This document shows, piece after piece, positions 55,210 to 64,000 of a stretch of 64,000 bases of DNA. Each line of letters starts with the position of its first letter. Positions within the stretch are counted from its first letter, which is position 1. This stretch comes from a virus (lineage: Duplodnaviria; Caudoviricetes), in the IMG/VR virus record IMGVR_UViG_3300037467_002029, positions 1 to 64,000 of that record; one strand, 5' to 3'. The position numbers were made by a program, and so were the translations under genes. The notes beneath the pieces are model-generated. The model was given only the letters and a program-made list of their open reading frames with translations. It searched no databases and was not told the origin of the DNA.

Positions 55210-55431
55210 ATGACCAGCGAGAACGAGATCTTTGATTTTCTCAAAGACGCAAGAAGCCACGTCGACCAGGCCTGTACCTACGCCGCCGAAGTGGTTCGCC
55301 GGCTGGAGCAGGAACCGAACTGTGTGACAGCTCGGAGCGCGCTCCAGTGGTACACTGAAGAGCTTCAGCGCCAGAGCAACAACCTCGAGAGCCTTCGCTC
55401 CGATCTTCTAATTCTGGCCCGCAAGATCTGA
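55210..55431 (+). CDS. Hypothetical protein
   Basis: AAGGAG RBS; stop inside an operator. Confidence 0.55.
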   Translation: MTSENEIFDFLKDARSHVDQACTYAAEVVRRLEQEPNCVTARSALQWYTEELQRQSNNLESLRSDLLILARKI

Positions 55432-55440
55432 CCTAGTCAC

Positions 55441-55653
55441 ATGCTCCACAACCACTCCCACTTCCCCAACTCCCTCCCTACCCCACCTTTCATGAAATAC
55501 GTCCTGATGTTCCTCGGAGAGCCCGTCTACTCCTCAACCAACTGGCTCGACGTCCATCAGGTCGCACTCGCCAACGGCTACGCCGTCAACGCCAGGGGGT
55601 GTCTGTTCACCCTCATGCCCGGTGTCACCGTCGAAAAGATTAGGACACATTGA
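55441..55653 (+). CDS. Hypothetical protein
   Basis: Co-oriented run. Confidence 0.4.
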   Translation: MLHNHSHFPNSLPTPPFMKYVLMFLGEPVYSSTNWLDVHQVALANGYAVNARGCLFTLMPGVTVEKIRTH

Positions 55654-55955
55654 TGCTCGACCAAATCAGACAGGCGATCTTCGCCCAGAACCTTCTGAGC
55701 TTCAGGTATGACGGCGAGAACCGCCTCGTCGAGCCCCACGCCCTCGGCTTCACGTCGAAGGGCAAACTCAGCGTCCGCGGGTTTCAGCCGGCCGGTGGTA
55801 CCCACCGCGAGCTCGGCTGGAAGCTGTTCACCATCGAGAAGATCGAAGACCTGACGGTGCTGCCGCTCACCTTCGAATACGCCCGCCCCGGCTACGCCCT
55901 CGGCGATAAGCAGCTGCCCACGCTGGTGGCTCAGGTCGACGCCGTCTTCGCATGA
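55650..55955 (+). CDS. Stand-alone WYL-domain protein
   Basis: LSFRYDGENRLVEPHALG...WKLFTIEKIEDL. Confidence 0.8.
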   Translation: MMLDQIRQAIFAQNLLSFRYDGENRLVEPHALGFTSKGKLSVRGFQPAGGTHRELGWKLFTIEKIEDLTVLPLTFEYARPGYALGDKQLPTLVAQVDAVFA

Positions 55956-56161
55956 ACTACACCCAGGCCCGCGAGCGCACGCTCGCGGCTGGTGCCACCG
56001 ACGCTGAGATCCAGCGCTACGCCGACAACCTCACCCCTTCAGTCCCAACCCGCAACATGATCGTCGCCCTGCAGCTGCACCCGTGGCTGAACAGCGCCGA
56101 CGACTGGGCGCGGCTTGCTGGAGCAATGCTATGCCGGAAATCAAAGTCACCAAAACTGTAA
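55952..56161 (+). CDS. Hypothetical protein
   Basis: ATGA coupling. Confidence 0.55.
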   Translation: MNYTQARERTLAAGATDAEIQRYADNLTPSVPTRNMIVALQLHPWLNSADDWARLAGAMLCRKSKSPKL

Positions 56162-56334
56162 CGCGGACGGAGGTCACCAACGTCCGCGTCGAAGCCGACG
56201 AGCTCGAGGAGCTTCTCCGCGAACATCTGAACCTGCCGATCGGTGCCGAATTCAGCTGGCGGATCAACCGTTACGAGGACTTCGACGGCGTCGAGATCGT
56301 CCACAAAGCGACGGAGGTCGAGAGCGATGCCTGA
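56131..56334 (+). CDS. Hypothetical protein
   Basis: Co-oriented run. Confidence 0.5.
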   Translation: MPEIKVTKTVTRTEVTNVRVEADELEELLREHLNLPIGAEFSWRINRYEDFDGVEIVHKATEVESDA

Positions 56335-56599
56335 AGCCATCTTCGACTACATGATCAGCGGGCGCCTGATGGCGCCAGCCGGATCCAAGCTTAACCCAAC
56401 TGGTTCAGGAGTCATCCTGCCCGACGGGCGCGAGATCAAGCTCTGGGAACAGCTCGAGATCAACACACCCGGCGAAGATGACCACGAGAACATGGACCTC
56501 AATGAGGCCGCGGACCTCGGGATTTTCTACGACGGCGACTGTTGCGAGTTCGACGCTGTCGATCTCGGCGCTGAAACGCAACTGTGGCCGCCGAAATGA
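56327..56599 (+). CDS. Acidic hypothetical protein
   Basis: GGAGG RBS. Confidence 0.55.
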   Translation: MPEAIFDYMISGRLMAPAGSKLNPTGSGVILPDGREIKLWEQLEINTPGEDDHENMDLNEAADLGIFYDGDCCEFDAVDLGAETQLWPPK

Positions 56600-56759
56600 G
56601 CCGGCCCAGCTACGAAGAGGTGTTGAAGCGCCTCGCCCGCGTTGTCGCTTACGACGTTGAGCTTCAGCGCCTCGAGCTCCCACCGAACGGCGACGATTAC
56701 AACGCTGTCCACCAGCTGCTGCTCGGTGGTGAGCTCCTCCTGCCTGAGAAGGAAGGCCG

Positions 56760-57122
56760 ATGATCTTCTATATCGCCCTCGACGAGCACGGCCACCGCCA
56801 GCTTTGCGGCACCCAGGCCGACGCCAAGGCCATCAACAAGAACTTCGAGCAGATCGACATCCCGACCGACAAGACCGGTCTGATGGGGTTCGTGCAAACT
56901 CTGTTCCACAACAACGACACGCTTTGCGACCAGCTCGCTGAGCTCGACAACCTGCGCCACGATCTGACGTCTTCCATGGGGCGCGAGAACGACCTGTTGA
57001 ACGACAAGCCCTCCTACGTCGACCAATCGGTCAACTGGGACGCGCTCTTCCCAACCCTTCCGCTCGCCCACCAGCTGCACTTCGCGGCCATGGCGATGGA
57101 GAATGCCCGTGAACGTTTATAG
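56760..57122 (+). CDS. Hypothetical protein
   Basis: ATGA coupling. Confidence 0.6.
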   Translation: MIFYIALDEHGHRQLCGTQADAKAINKNFEQIDIPTDKTGLMGFVQTLFHNNDTLCDQLAELDNLRHDLTSSMGRENDLLNDKPSYVDQSVNWDALFPTLPLAHQLHFAAMAMENARERL

Positions 57123-57408
57123 TCTCGACATTCAAATTGTCGCCACCGCCTACATCAAGGCCGAGTCCGAAGAGGAAGCCCGCAAGATCGCGAGCGACCT
57201 CCCCAATGACTTCATCGAGTTCTCCGATCGCCACCAGATCGTGGGCGATGACATCTGCGTCGACGGCACGCCCTTCCGGGGCCTCTGGGAGAACGACGAA
57301 ACCACCGCGCTCTCGCCGGCCATGACGATCACCGGCGTTTTCAACCTCGAGGGCCTCGAGCTCGTCGAGGAAGACATCGACGTCGAGGAAGACGAAAATG
57401 TCGATTAA
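57103..57408 (+). CDS. Acidic hypothetical protein (AYIKAESEEEARKIA motif)
   Basis: Co-oriented run. Confidence 0.55.
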   Translation: MPVNVYSLDIQIVATAYIKAESEEEARKIASDLPNDFIEFSDRHQIVGDDICVDGTPFRGLWENDETTALSPAMTITGVFNLEGLELVEEDIDVEEDENVD

Positions 57409-58111
57409 CTGGCGCAAGCCACTCGAGTGGTCGACGGGCGAAGAGGCCAGCCTCGCACCCTACGACAACGCATACGACGGTCACCGTCACGTCTCCGGCT
57501 GCAAGGAATGGCTCAACATCACCGGCGACAATTATGTCGCCGTGAACGCCACGACGGGCCAGGTGCTCGGCTGCGAGGACGACTATCCTCACATCCGCAA
57601 CGTGGCCGAACCCAAGAACCCACCGGTCTGGCTCCATCTATTCCACGGCCGCAGCGCGCCCGACGAGAAGCTGGAAGATTGGGGCTTTAACGGTCCCACC
57701 ATCGGCCCGCTCGACTACGTCCATGTCACCTACATGTGCGACGTCAGGTACGGCTTCCAGAACGAGGAAGACGCCGCAAAATTCGGTCTCTCGATTGAGG
57801 GCCACTTCCCCCTTCATGGCGACCTGGTCGAGCACAAGGGCGCCTTCTACGGAGACTTCTCCATCAACGCTTTCAAACCCACCGGACTCTACCGCATCGA
57901 CCTCATCGAAAAGTGTGACCCCGACGAGGTCATCCAATCCGAGAAGTTCGACGGTACCGAGCTCGAGGCCGAACAGCGCCTCGGCGAGGTCTGGAACTCC
58001 AGCATCTGCGCGACCGGCGAGGCCGGCCGCTACAAGGCTGAGCTCTACTGCATCAGCGGTGGCCAGCCCGTCCTGCGTCAGACGATCGAGCCCGAGGGCG
58101 ACGATGACTGA
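57398..58111 (+). CDS. Mosaic multi-domain hypothetical protein
   Basis: 237 aa, GAGGA RBS. Confidence 0.6.
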   Translation: MSINWRKPLEWSTGEEASLAPYDNAYDGHRHVSGCKEWLNITGDNYVAVNATTGQVLGCEDDYPHIRNVAEPKNPPVWLHLFHGRSAPDEKLEDWGFNGPTIGPLDYVHVTYMCDVRYGFQNEEDAAKFGLSIEGHFPLHGDLVEHKGAFYGDFSINAFKPTGLYRIDLIEKCDPDEVIQSEKFDGTELEAEQRLGEVWNSSICATGEAGRYKAELYCISGGQPVLRQTIEPEGDDD

Positions 58112-58334
58112 GTTCAACTGGGACGACTACGCCAAGCACGTCGACGCACTGCGCGACATGGGCTGCGCCGTCGTCACGATCACGCCGGAAGACGCCCAGA
58201 GCGTCTTCGATGAAACCCTGCTCCCACACGAAGCCCACGCCTGGCTCCGGCACAACCACGACGACGTCGAGGGCGCGATCCTCGGCGAATACTGGGGTGA
58301 CACCCTCCGAGACATCTATGTCGAAAATGACTGA
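58104..58334 (+). CDS. Acidic hypothetical protein
   Basis: Overlap-coupled. Confidence 0.55.
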   Translation: MTEFNWDDYAKHVDALRDMGCAVVTITPEDAQSVFDETLLPHEAHAWLRHNHDDVEGAILGEYWGDTLRDIYVEND

Positions 58335-58773
58335 CCTCATCAGCCGCGGGGCGCTCCTCCAGGAGCTCTACGCAATCGGCAAGCGCGAGAACAACCTCGG
58401 CCGAGTGGCGCTCGTCTGTGAGTGCATCGACAAGGCCAAGGAAGCGCCCGCGATCAAACCCCAGGTCGTCGCCAACATCAGTGGCGGCATCCTGCAGGGT
58501 GCGAGCTCCGACTATCCGGTCGACCTCTACACGCTCGACTTCGAACACGACGGAGCCGAGGAGGACGAGCTCATCACCGTTGACGGTTCAACCGCCCTGT
58601 TCGGTGAGACCTTCATTAAAATCGATCCCGACTTCGTGGACGAGGTCATCGAAACGATCCTCGAAACCGTCGACGACCTCTGCTCGGTCGGGCTGCACAA
58701 CTGGGGCGGTGAACCGTCCATTGGCGCCGAGTGCCTGCTGTGCGGGACTCAGTGCGAGGAAAAACATCTATGA
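58327..58773 (+). CDS. Acidic hypothetical protein with C-terminal Cys/His cluster
   Basis: DLISRGALL N-terminus; C-H...C..C. Confidence 0.55.
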   Translation: MTDLISRGALLQELYAIGKRENNLGRVALVCECIDKAKEAPAIKPQVVANISGGILQGASSDYPVDLYTLDFEHDGAEEDELITVDGSTALFGETFIKIDPDFVDEVIETILETVDDLCSVGLHNWGGEPSIGAECLLCGTQCEEKHL

Positions 58774-59153
58774 CCTACCCCGTCACCATGACCATCGAAC
58801 CCCAGCGCGTCTGCGACATGTTTGTCGGCGCCTTCGAGGGCGGAAGCAACTATTGGCTCGGCCGAGGTCTGGTCCAGCTCGTGAAACCGGATCAGGCTGC
58901 CGTCGCGAACCCGGAGGGGGTCGTCTGGTGGGGTCGGACAGCACTCTATGAGCAGCCATTCGAGATCTCGATCTACGTCGTAGACGACGAAGAGACCAAG
59001 GTCATCGACAATGCCTCTGTGGAGAACGCGCTCCGCGTCATGGCTGAGAAGTATCCGCGTCACTTCGCTGACCTCGTCAACGAGAACGACGACGCCGACA
59101 CGTCGGACGTGTTCCTGCAGTGCTGCCTCTTCGGGGAGCTGGTCTATGGCTAA
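58770..59153 (+). CDS. Conserved phage protein (EGGSNYW...DVFLQCCLFGELVYG)
   Basis: Motif family recognised, function unknown. Confidence 0.65.
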   Translation: MTYPVTMTIEPQRVCDMFVGAFEGGSNYWLGRGLVQLVKPDQAAVANPEGVVWWGRTALYEQPFEISIYVVDDEETKVIDNASVENALRVMAEKYPRHFADLVNENDDADTSDVFLQCCLFGELVYG

Positions 59154-59394
59154 CCTCTACGCGCCTGACGGTACCCGCATCATCGGCACCTGCGAAACAC
59201 TCAAAGGCACCTGTCTCTTCCACAACGAAGACATCACCATCGACACCGAGACTGGTGAGTTTCAATTCCAGTATGTCGGCGGAACCGAGGTGGATTGGAA
59301 CGGCCAGGTGACCAGTCGCGACCAGTTCGGGATGCGGCTGTTCTTCGACGAGAATTACGGGATCTGGCCCGAGAGCGCACTGTGCCTGAAGTAA
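59146..59394 (+). CDS. Hypothetical protein
   Basis: Overlap-coupled. Confidence 0.55.
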   Translation: MANLYAPDGTRIIGTCETLKGTCLFHNEDITIDTETGEFQFQYVGGTEVDWNGQVTSRDQFGMRLFFDENYGIWPESALCLK

Positions 59395-59564
59395 TCGTCG
59401 ACATGAAGTGGGAGACGGCCGTGCCGCTCCTGCTCGAGATCATCCAGAACGGCACACCTGCCGGCCGGCGCGACGCTCGCGACGAGCTGCTGCGCTGTGC
59501 CCGTATCGCGGACACCGCGGTGGTTGCCGCTAAAGCCGCTTCACCCGAACCCACGGCTGACTAG
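59382..59564 (+). CDS. Hypothetical protein
   Basis: Co-oriented run. Confidence 0.45.
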   Translation: MPEVIVDMKWETAVPLLLEIIQNGTPAGRRDARDELLRCARIADTAVVAAKAASPEPTAD

Positions 59565-59805
59565 CCATGCAAATCGATATGGCACACCCACAGCCTCGTG
59601 GCTTCCTCGCCTGGATCGCCAACCCCAACGCTCGGGGCGTAGTCCTCGATCGTGAGTTTGACGACGACGAGAACCAGAAGCCTCTGACCGCCGAGCCGCT
59701 GGACTGGCACGAAAGCCGCCACTGGCCGGCTCTCGCTACCGACTGACTTAGTCACTTCTTCCGCAATCCAAGACTCTCAACCCCTGCTTAGGGGAGTGAT
59801 CACCC

Positions 59806-61953
59806 ATGCTATTGGACACTGAAGAGCGAACAGTCACGTCCGTGGGCCTCCAACAGGTGGCCCGCGCGACGATCAAGACGTCGCCCAAGATTTTCAACTT
59901 TTTCGCCGACCAAACCTACGCCAATAAACCGAAGGCCATCTGTAGGGAGCTAGCCGCTAACGCGGTCGACAGCCATGTGATGGCCGGCAAGGCGGACGAG
60001 CCGATCGAGATCTGGCTCCCAACCCTGCTCGACCCAACCTTCCGGGTCCGCGACCACGGACTGGGCATGAGCCACGAGTTCATGATGACCCAGTTCATGT
60101 GTTACGCCGACGGCTCGACGAAGGATCAGTCGAACCAGGCGATCGGTGGGTTCGGCATCGGCTCCAAATCACCATTTGCTTATGTTGACCAATACACGGT
60201 CAAAAGCATTTTTGATGGCATCGAGAGCGTCTACTCGATCTTCAAGGACGAGGATGGCATCCCGGCGATCGGCCTGTTGGGCCAGCGCGCGACGCAAGAG
60301 TCCAATGGCGTCAGCGTCGAGTTCCCGGTCCAGCCCGATGACTTCCGCACGTTCGAGGAAGCCGCGTTCGAGGCGCTCCGCTATTTCGAGCCGTTGCCCG
60401 ACGTCAAGAATGCGAGTGAAGGCAGCTTCGCTCCGCCCAAATATGTGAGCCGCGGCGCCACCTGGGGCATGCGCGAACAGGCCGGCGATCTGCTCATCGT
60501 CATGGGCGGCGTGCCCTACCCGGTGAGCGTCAGCAACCTCTCTTACAAGTTCCCGAGCGATAGCCCGGCGCGCAAGCTGCTCGGTTACGGCTTGGACCTG
60601 CGCTTGCCGATCGGCACCTGCTCAGTTGCCTTGTCGCGCGAAGCGCTCAGCTACGATGACCGTACCATCGACGCGATCCGTGTCGCCTGCGAGAACGTGA
60701 TCGAGGAGGTGAAGGCTTCCTTCGCCACCATGTTCGATCAGTACGACAACGCCTGGGAAGCCGCCGCCGCGCTGTTCCGCGAGGTCGGGGATAACGGCTA
60801 CGGGGCGCGCGCCGAGTTCCTCAAAGAGAACGCACAGTGGAAGGGTGAGCCCCTCCACCTGACGCTCCAGTATCAGATGCTTGGCAGTCACGAATACGAG
60901 AAGAGGGTCGTGCCATGCTGGGGCTACCAGATCTGCAGCATTGAAGGCCGCAGCGACCGCGCTGGTCGCGGCGGACGTGTCCGCAAGGTCACGACCAGCT
61001 GGCAGCAGCCAGACAACGGCTTCAAGGGACAGGGCGGCTTCGCCCCCGGGCGTATCGCCACGCTCCTGATCGATGATCTGCCGCAGAAGTCCAGCTCGAA
61101 GGCCGCGCGCAAGATCAAGGAGTTCGCCGAGGAGACCGGCAATCGGATCCTGGTCGTGCGTCCTGATGAGGATCAGGCGCTCGAGATCAAGGACGTCCTC
61201 AATGGTTTCGGCAATCCGCCCGCCGATCAGGTCGTGCTGACGTCGAGCCTGCCTGAACCGGAAATCGACAGAGTTTACGTGAAGAACAAGGACCGACCCA
61301 AGGTCCGGATGTTCAGTTACGACGGAAGCCATATCCGGAGCTCGCGCGGCTACGGTTATTCGGACAGCATCAACCCCGGTCAATTCGGCAAGGATGGTGT
61401 CTACGAGATCCCATACGCCGACCAGCCCACCAGCGGTCTCCTCGTCGTCATGGAGCAATTCGAGATCCCGCGCGGCGAGATCCAGCAGCTTGTCAATGCC
61501 GGGTTGCTCAACTGGCGCGAGCTTCGCTTCGTCAATGCTGGCGACGCCAAGAAGCTCAACAAGCAGAATTGGACGATGTTCAACGTCGAGGCCGAGCGCC
61601 GCAAGAAGGAGAAGCTTAGTGCTTATCCTGAGCTCGCTCAGCGTCTCGCCCTCTCGAATGCCCACGAGATCAAGTGGCTGTTCGAGATGTTTGCCCGCAA
61701 CCCCCAGCGCGACTTCACGTCGAGGAAGCCACTCGGGAAAATCTTCAAACTCTACCAACAGTACGTCGAACCGCTCGATCACGAGCAGAAGAAGCTCGCG
61801 CAGTTTGTCACCGCCAAGCTCCCTCGCGGCGTGAAGCCCGAGGAGCTTCGAGATCAATTCAAAGCCAAGCAGCCCAAAGCCAATCGGCTCCTGTCGCTGC
61901 TCCCGAACCACCTCGATGATGAGGACTTTGCTCTCCTCCAGGAGAACCTATGA
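59806..61953 (+). CDS. rIIA: rIIA-like protein (GHKL/HSP90-type N-terminal ATPase)
   Basis: YANKPKAICRELAANAVDSH, VRDHGLGM, STKDQSN..IGGFGIGSKSPFAY, NGVSVEFPV. Confidence 0.85.
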   Translation: MLLDTEERTVTSVGLQQVARATIKTSPKIFNFFADQTYANKPKAICRELAANAVDSHVMAGKADEPIEIWLPTLLDPTFRVRDHGLGMSHEFMMTQFMCYADGSTKDQSNQAIGGFGIGSKSPFAYVDQYTVKSIFDGIESVYSIFKDEDGIPAIGLLGQRATQESNGVSVEFPVQPDDFRTFEEAAFEALRYFEPLPDVKNASEGSFAPPKYVSRGATWGMREQAGDLLIVMGGVPYPVSVSNLSYKFPSDSPARKLLGYGLDLRLPIGTCSVALSREALSYDDRTIDAIRVACENVIEEVKASFATMFDQYDNAWEAAAALFREVGDNGYGARAEFLKENAQWKGEPLHLTLQYQMLGSHEYEKRVVPCWGYQICSIEGRSDRAGRGGRVRKVTTSWQQPDNGFKGQGGFAPGRIATLLIDDLPQKSSSKAARKIKEFAEETGNRILVVRPDEDQALEIKDVLNGFGNPPADQVVLTSSLPEPEIDRVYVKNKDRPKVRMFSYDGSHIRSSRGYGYSDSINPGQFGKDGVYEIPYADQPTSGLLVVMEQFEIPRGEIQQLVNAGLLNWRELRFVNAGDAKKLNKQNWTMFNVEAERRKKEKLSAYPELAQRLALSNAHEIKWLFEMFARNPQRDFTSRKPLGKIFKLYQQYVEPLDHEQKKLAQFVTAKLPRGVKPEELRDQFKAKQPKANRLLSLLPNHLDDEDFALLQENL

Positions 61954-63026
61954 ACTACACCCTCACTGACACGTCGATCACCGTCCTTGACGAGTCGACG
62001 TTTGAGCCACGGACCATGCCCTCGACGCACCCCGCGTTCGAGGAGGTGGTCGAGGCCGTTCGAGCCGGCGATGCCGACGAGGTTCGCCGGATCATGGATC
62101 TACCGGCCGTGATCGCCGACTTCACCCAAGGCCTTGTCCAGGTTGTCGACCGTGTCCTGTATTTGAATGGTAGACCATTAGATACGAGCGCCACGCGCCG
62201 CGTCCTCCAGTTCATGGACCAGGGCCGGCCGGAGCTCGCCAAGCCGCTGTGCAACTTCATCGAAAAGGTCGCGCAGAACCCCAGCCGCCGAGCCGTCTAC
62301 GGCCTGTACGATTGGGCCGAGAAGTCGGGCCTGCCGATCACCCCGGAAGGCGACATCATCGCCTGGAAGATCGTCAAGGAGGACTACCTCGACATCTACT
62401 CGAGCTCCTTCGACAACTCAGTCGGCAAGACCGTCGAGGTTCCACGCTACGAGGTCGACGAGAACCCGGACCAGACCTGCAGCCACGGTCTCCACGTTTG
62501 TTCCACCGCCTACCTGCCGCATTATGGCACCGGGCCCGGCTCGCGCGTCATGGTCGTCAGGGTCAACCCCAAGGACTTCGTCGCCGTGCCGCGTGACTAC
62601 AACTGCTCGAAGGCGCGCGTCTGTCGCTACGAGGTGATCGCCGAAATGCCGCGGGAGAAGGCGAAGACCTACCTGCGCGACCAGTATGTCTACGACCCGA
62701 AGTTCAACAACTGCGGGTTCCGTGACGGCACGCTCGACTGCGACGTCGAGGTCGGCGAGTTCTACCGGATGCGCGACGGCCGGGTCGTCGAGATCCAGCG
62801 CTATGACGATGACGGCGCCGAATATCCGTACTGTGGTCGCATTGTCGGCGGCGACGGCGGCGAGCTCTCGTGGAGCTATGACGGCATCTACACGTCGCTC
62901 GAGGACGAGCACGAGTACGATCTGGTCGAGCACCTCGAGGACTTCGATCCGGATTTCGAGCCTAGCGCCGTGGCCGAGGCGCCGCGCAAGTCGCACTGGT
63001 TCACTCGCATGATCTTCGGCGACTGA
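61950..63026 (+). CDS. rIIB: rIIB-like protein with extra C-terminal domain
   Basis: LYDWAEKSGLPITPEGDIIAWKIV...MD/NPDQTCSHGLHV...VNPKDFVAVPRDYNCSKARVCRYEV. Confidence 0.85.
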   Translation: MNYTLTDTSITVLDESTFEPRTMPSTHPAFEEVVEAVRAGDADEVRRIMDLPAVIADFTQGLVQVVDRVLYLNGRPLDTSATRRVLQFMDQGRPELAKPLCNFIEKVAQNPSRRAVYGLYDWAEKSGLPITPEGDIIAWKIVKEDYLDIYSSSFDNSVGKTVEVPRYEVDENPDQTCSHGLHVCSTAYLPHYGTGPGSRVMVVRVNPKDFVAVPRDYNCSKARVCRYEVIAEMPREKAKTYLRDQYVYDPKFNNCGFRDGTLDCDVEVGEFYRMRDGRVVEIQRYDDDGAEYPYCGRIVGGDGGELSWSYDGIYTSLEDEHEYDLVEHLEDFDPDFEPSAVAEAPRKSHWFTRMIFGD

Positions 63027-63028
63027 CC

Positions 63029-63208
63029 ATGTCTGGATTGTTGATCAGCGACAGCACGAAGAAGGGCGGCTTGTCGCCACGAGCTGGCATGAAGAAGAAG
63101 GTGGCGCGCGCCGAGTTCGCTCGGCGTGCCCATCTCTCCGATGAAGTGCTGCTCAAGCGAGGCATGTCTGCCCGCCAAATCCGCCGACTTCGAAAGGCGG
63201 TTGGATGA
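63029..63208 (+). CDS. Small basic protein
   Basis: Hand-translated, 59 aa, Lys/Arg-rich. Confidence 0.45.
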   Translation: MSGLLISDSTKKGGLSPRAGMKKKVARAEFARRAHLSDEVLLKRGMSARQIRRLRKAVG

Positions 63209-63480
63209 AACAGATCCTCCACGTCGCCCAATGCACGATCGCCGCCAATCGCAAGAATGGCACGAACGAGCCGGCGATCATCGTCCGTAACTATCGGGGC
63301 GCCAAGCGCGCCCATGAGGTCGAGCTTGTCCACGACGGAAAGGTCGTGGGCAAGTTCGTCTACCGCCCACACGCCCCGTTGCCGTGCGGCGCACGCCTTT
63401 GGTTCGAGTCAAATTCGGAAGAATTGGAGCTCCGGACCTCCCAACATGAAGAAATCTTTGAGTTCAGAAAGGTGGCCTGA
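63205..63480 (+). CDS. Conserved phage hypothetical protein
   Basis: LHV.Q..I.AN.KNGTNEP...AHEVE...Y.P..PL.CGARLW. Confidence 0.65.
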   Translation: MKQILHVAQCTIAANRKNGTNEPAIIVRNYRGAKRAHEVELVHDGKVVGKFVYRPHAPLPCGARLWFESNSEELELRTSQHEEIFEFRKVA

Positions 63481-63791
63481 TGGGCGCCGAAACTTTCAGC
63501 CAAGTTGCGAGCGGCAAGACCGCTCAAGAAGCCTTCCGTACCGCCCAGGAACAAGCCCGGTATGACTATGGTCATGCCGGCTACACCGGCACGATCGCCG
63601 AAAAACATGATTTCATCATGCTCAAGGTTTCGCCCGATAAGATCGAGGAGCTTAAAAGCAGCCCGTACTGCTACTACGACTACTCTGGAGACGACCCGCT
63701 CTGGGAAAAGGTCGATGACAAGTGGGGACCGGCCGGCTGCATCGATCTTGGTGATGGACGGTATCTTTTCTTCGGTTGGGCATCGAGCTGA
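63480..63791 (+). CDS. Conserved phage hypothetical protein
   Basis: YDYGHAGYTGTIAEK...DKWGPAGC...FFGWASS. Confidence 0.65.
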   Translation: MGAETFSQVASGKTAQEAFRTAQEQARYDYGHAGYTGTIAEKHDFIMLKVSPDKIEELKSSPYCYYDYSGDDPLWEKVDDKWGPAGCIDLGDGRYLFFGWASS

Positions 63792-64000
63792 TGTCCCTCA
63801 AAGTCTCCCGCGACTTCGACACCGACGAGATCGTGCTTCGCATCAAGCGCGGCGGGGAAGCAGGTGGCTTTGCCCGCTTCCTGACCGCGTCAGCTGACGC
63901 GATCGAGCACGGCAAGATCACCGGTAACCCCAAAGGTAACCCCGTCAAGGTCGCGGACTCGCTCCGTTCGATCGCTGACAAAATGCACAGGCACAACGAC
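63791..64000 (+). CDS. Hypothetical protein (3' truncated by window)
   Basis: TGATG coupling; open to the end. Confidence 0.45.
   Translation, partial: MSLKVSRDFDTDEIVLRIKRGGEAGGFARFLTASADAIEHGKITGNPKGNPVKVADSLRSIADKMHRHND

Larger units (their letters stand above)
1..64000. mobile_element. Temperate siphovirus-like phage genome (partial; free/attP configuration)
   Basis: Terminase, portal, capsid, tape measure, tail tip, lysis and integrase genes; phage genes on both sides of the att core; no host housekeeping genes seen. Confidence 0.95.

Overview
The whole window reads as one GC-rich, temperate, long-tailed (siphovirus-like) phage genome that runs off both ends. The host is probably alphaproteobacterial, judging from the GapR/DUF2312 gene and the tRNA-Val fragment. 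It is in the non-integrated configuration: an intact attP (3' 53 bp of tRNA-Val(GAC), arm repeats on both sides) sits between the tyrosine integrase and the lysis cassette. Left to right: end of an SbcD-like nuclease; GapR; integrase/attP; lysis genes (endolysin, membrane proteins, separated spanins); SbcC-like ATPase; ThyA and a dATP/dGTP diphosphohydrolase; a scrambled lambda-like tail module; head genes; an ~8.5 kb fibre/adhesin/FkbM locus between portal and prohead protease; GpA-type terminase; primase-polymerase/SF3 helicase; a repeat-rich putative origin; about 35 small early genes; rIIA/rIIB. The best non-gene signals are: (i) a palindrome STGAC-N3-GTCAS present 14 times, both as origin iterons and as dispersed gene-boundary sites; (ii) a second palindrome, TGGGAAATTTCCCA, one copy of which lies in a pair of mutually exclusive hairpins; (iii) a 15-nt exact copy of the 16S rRNA 3' tail in a structured intergenic region upstream of the tape measure gene. 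Product calls come from motif recognition by eye; no database searches were run.
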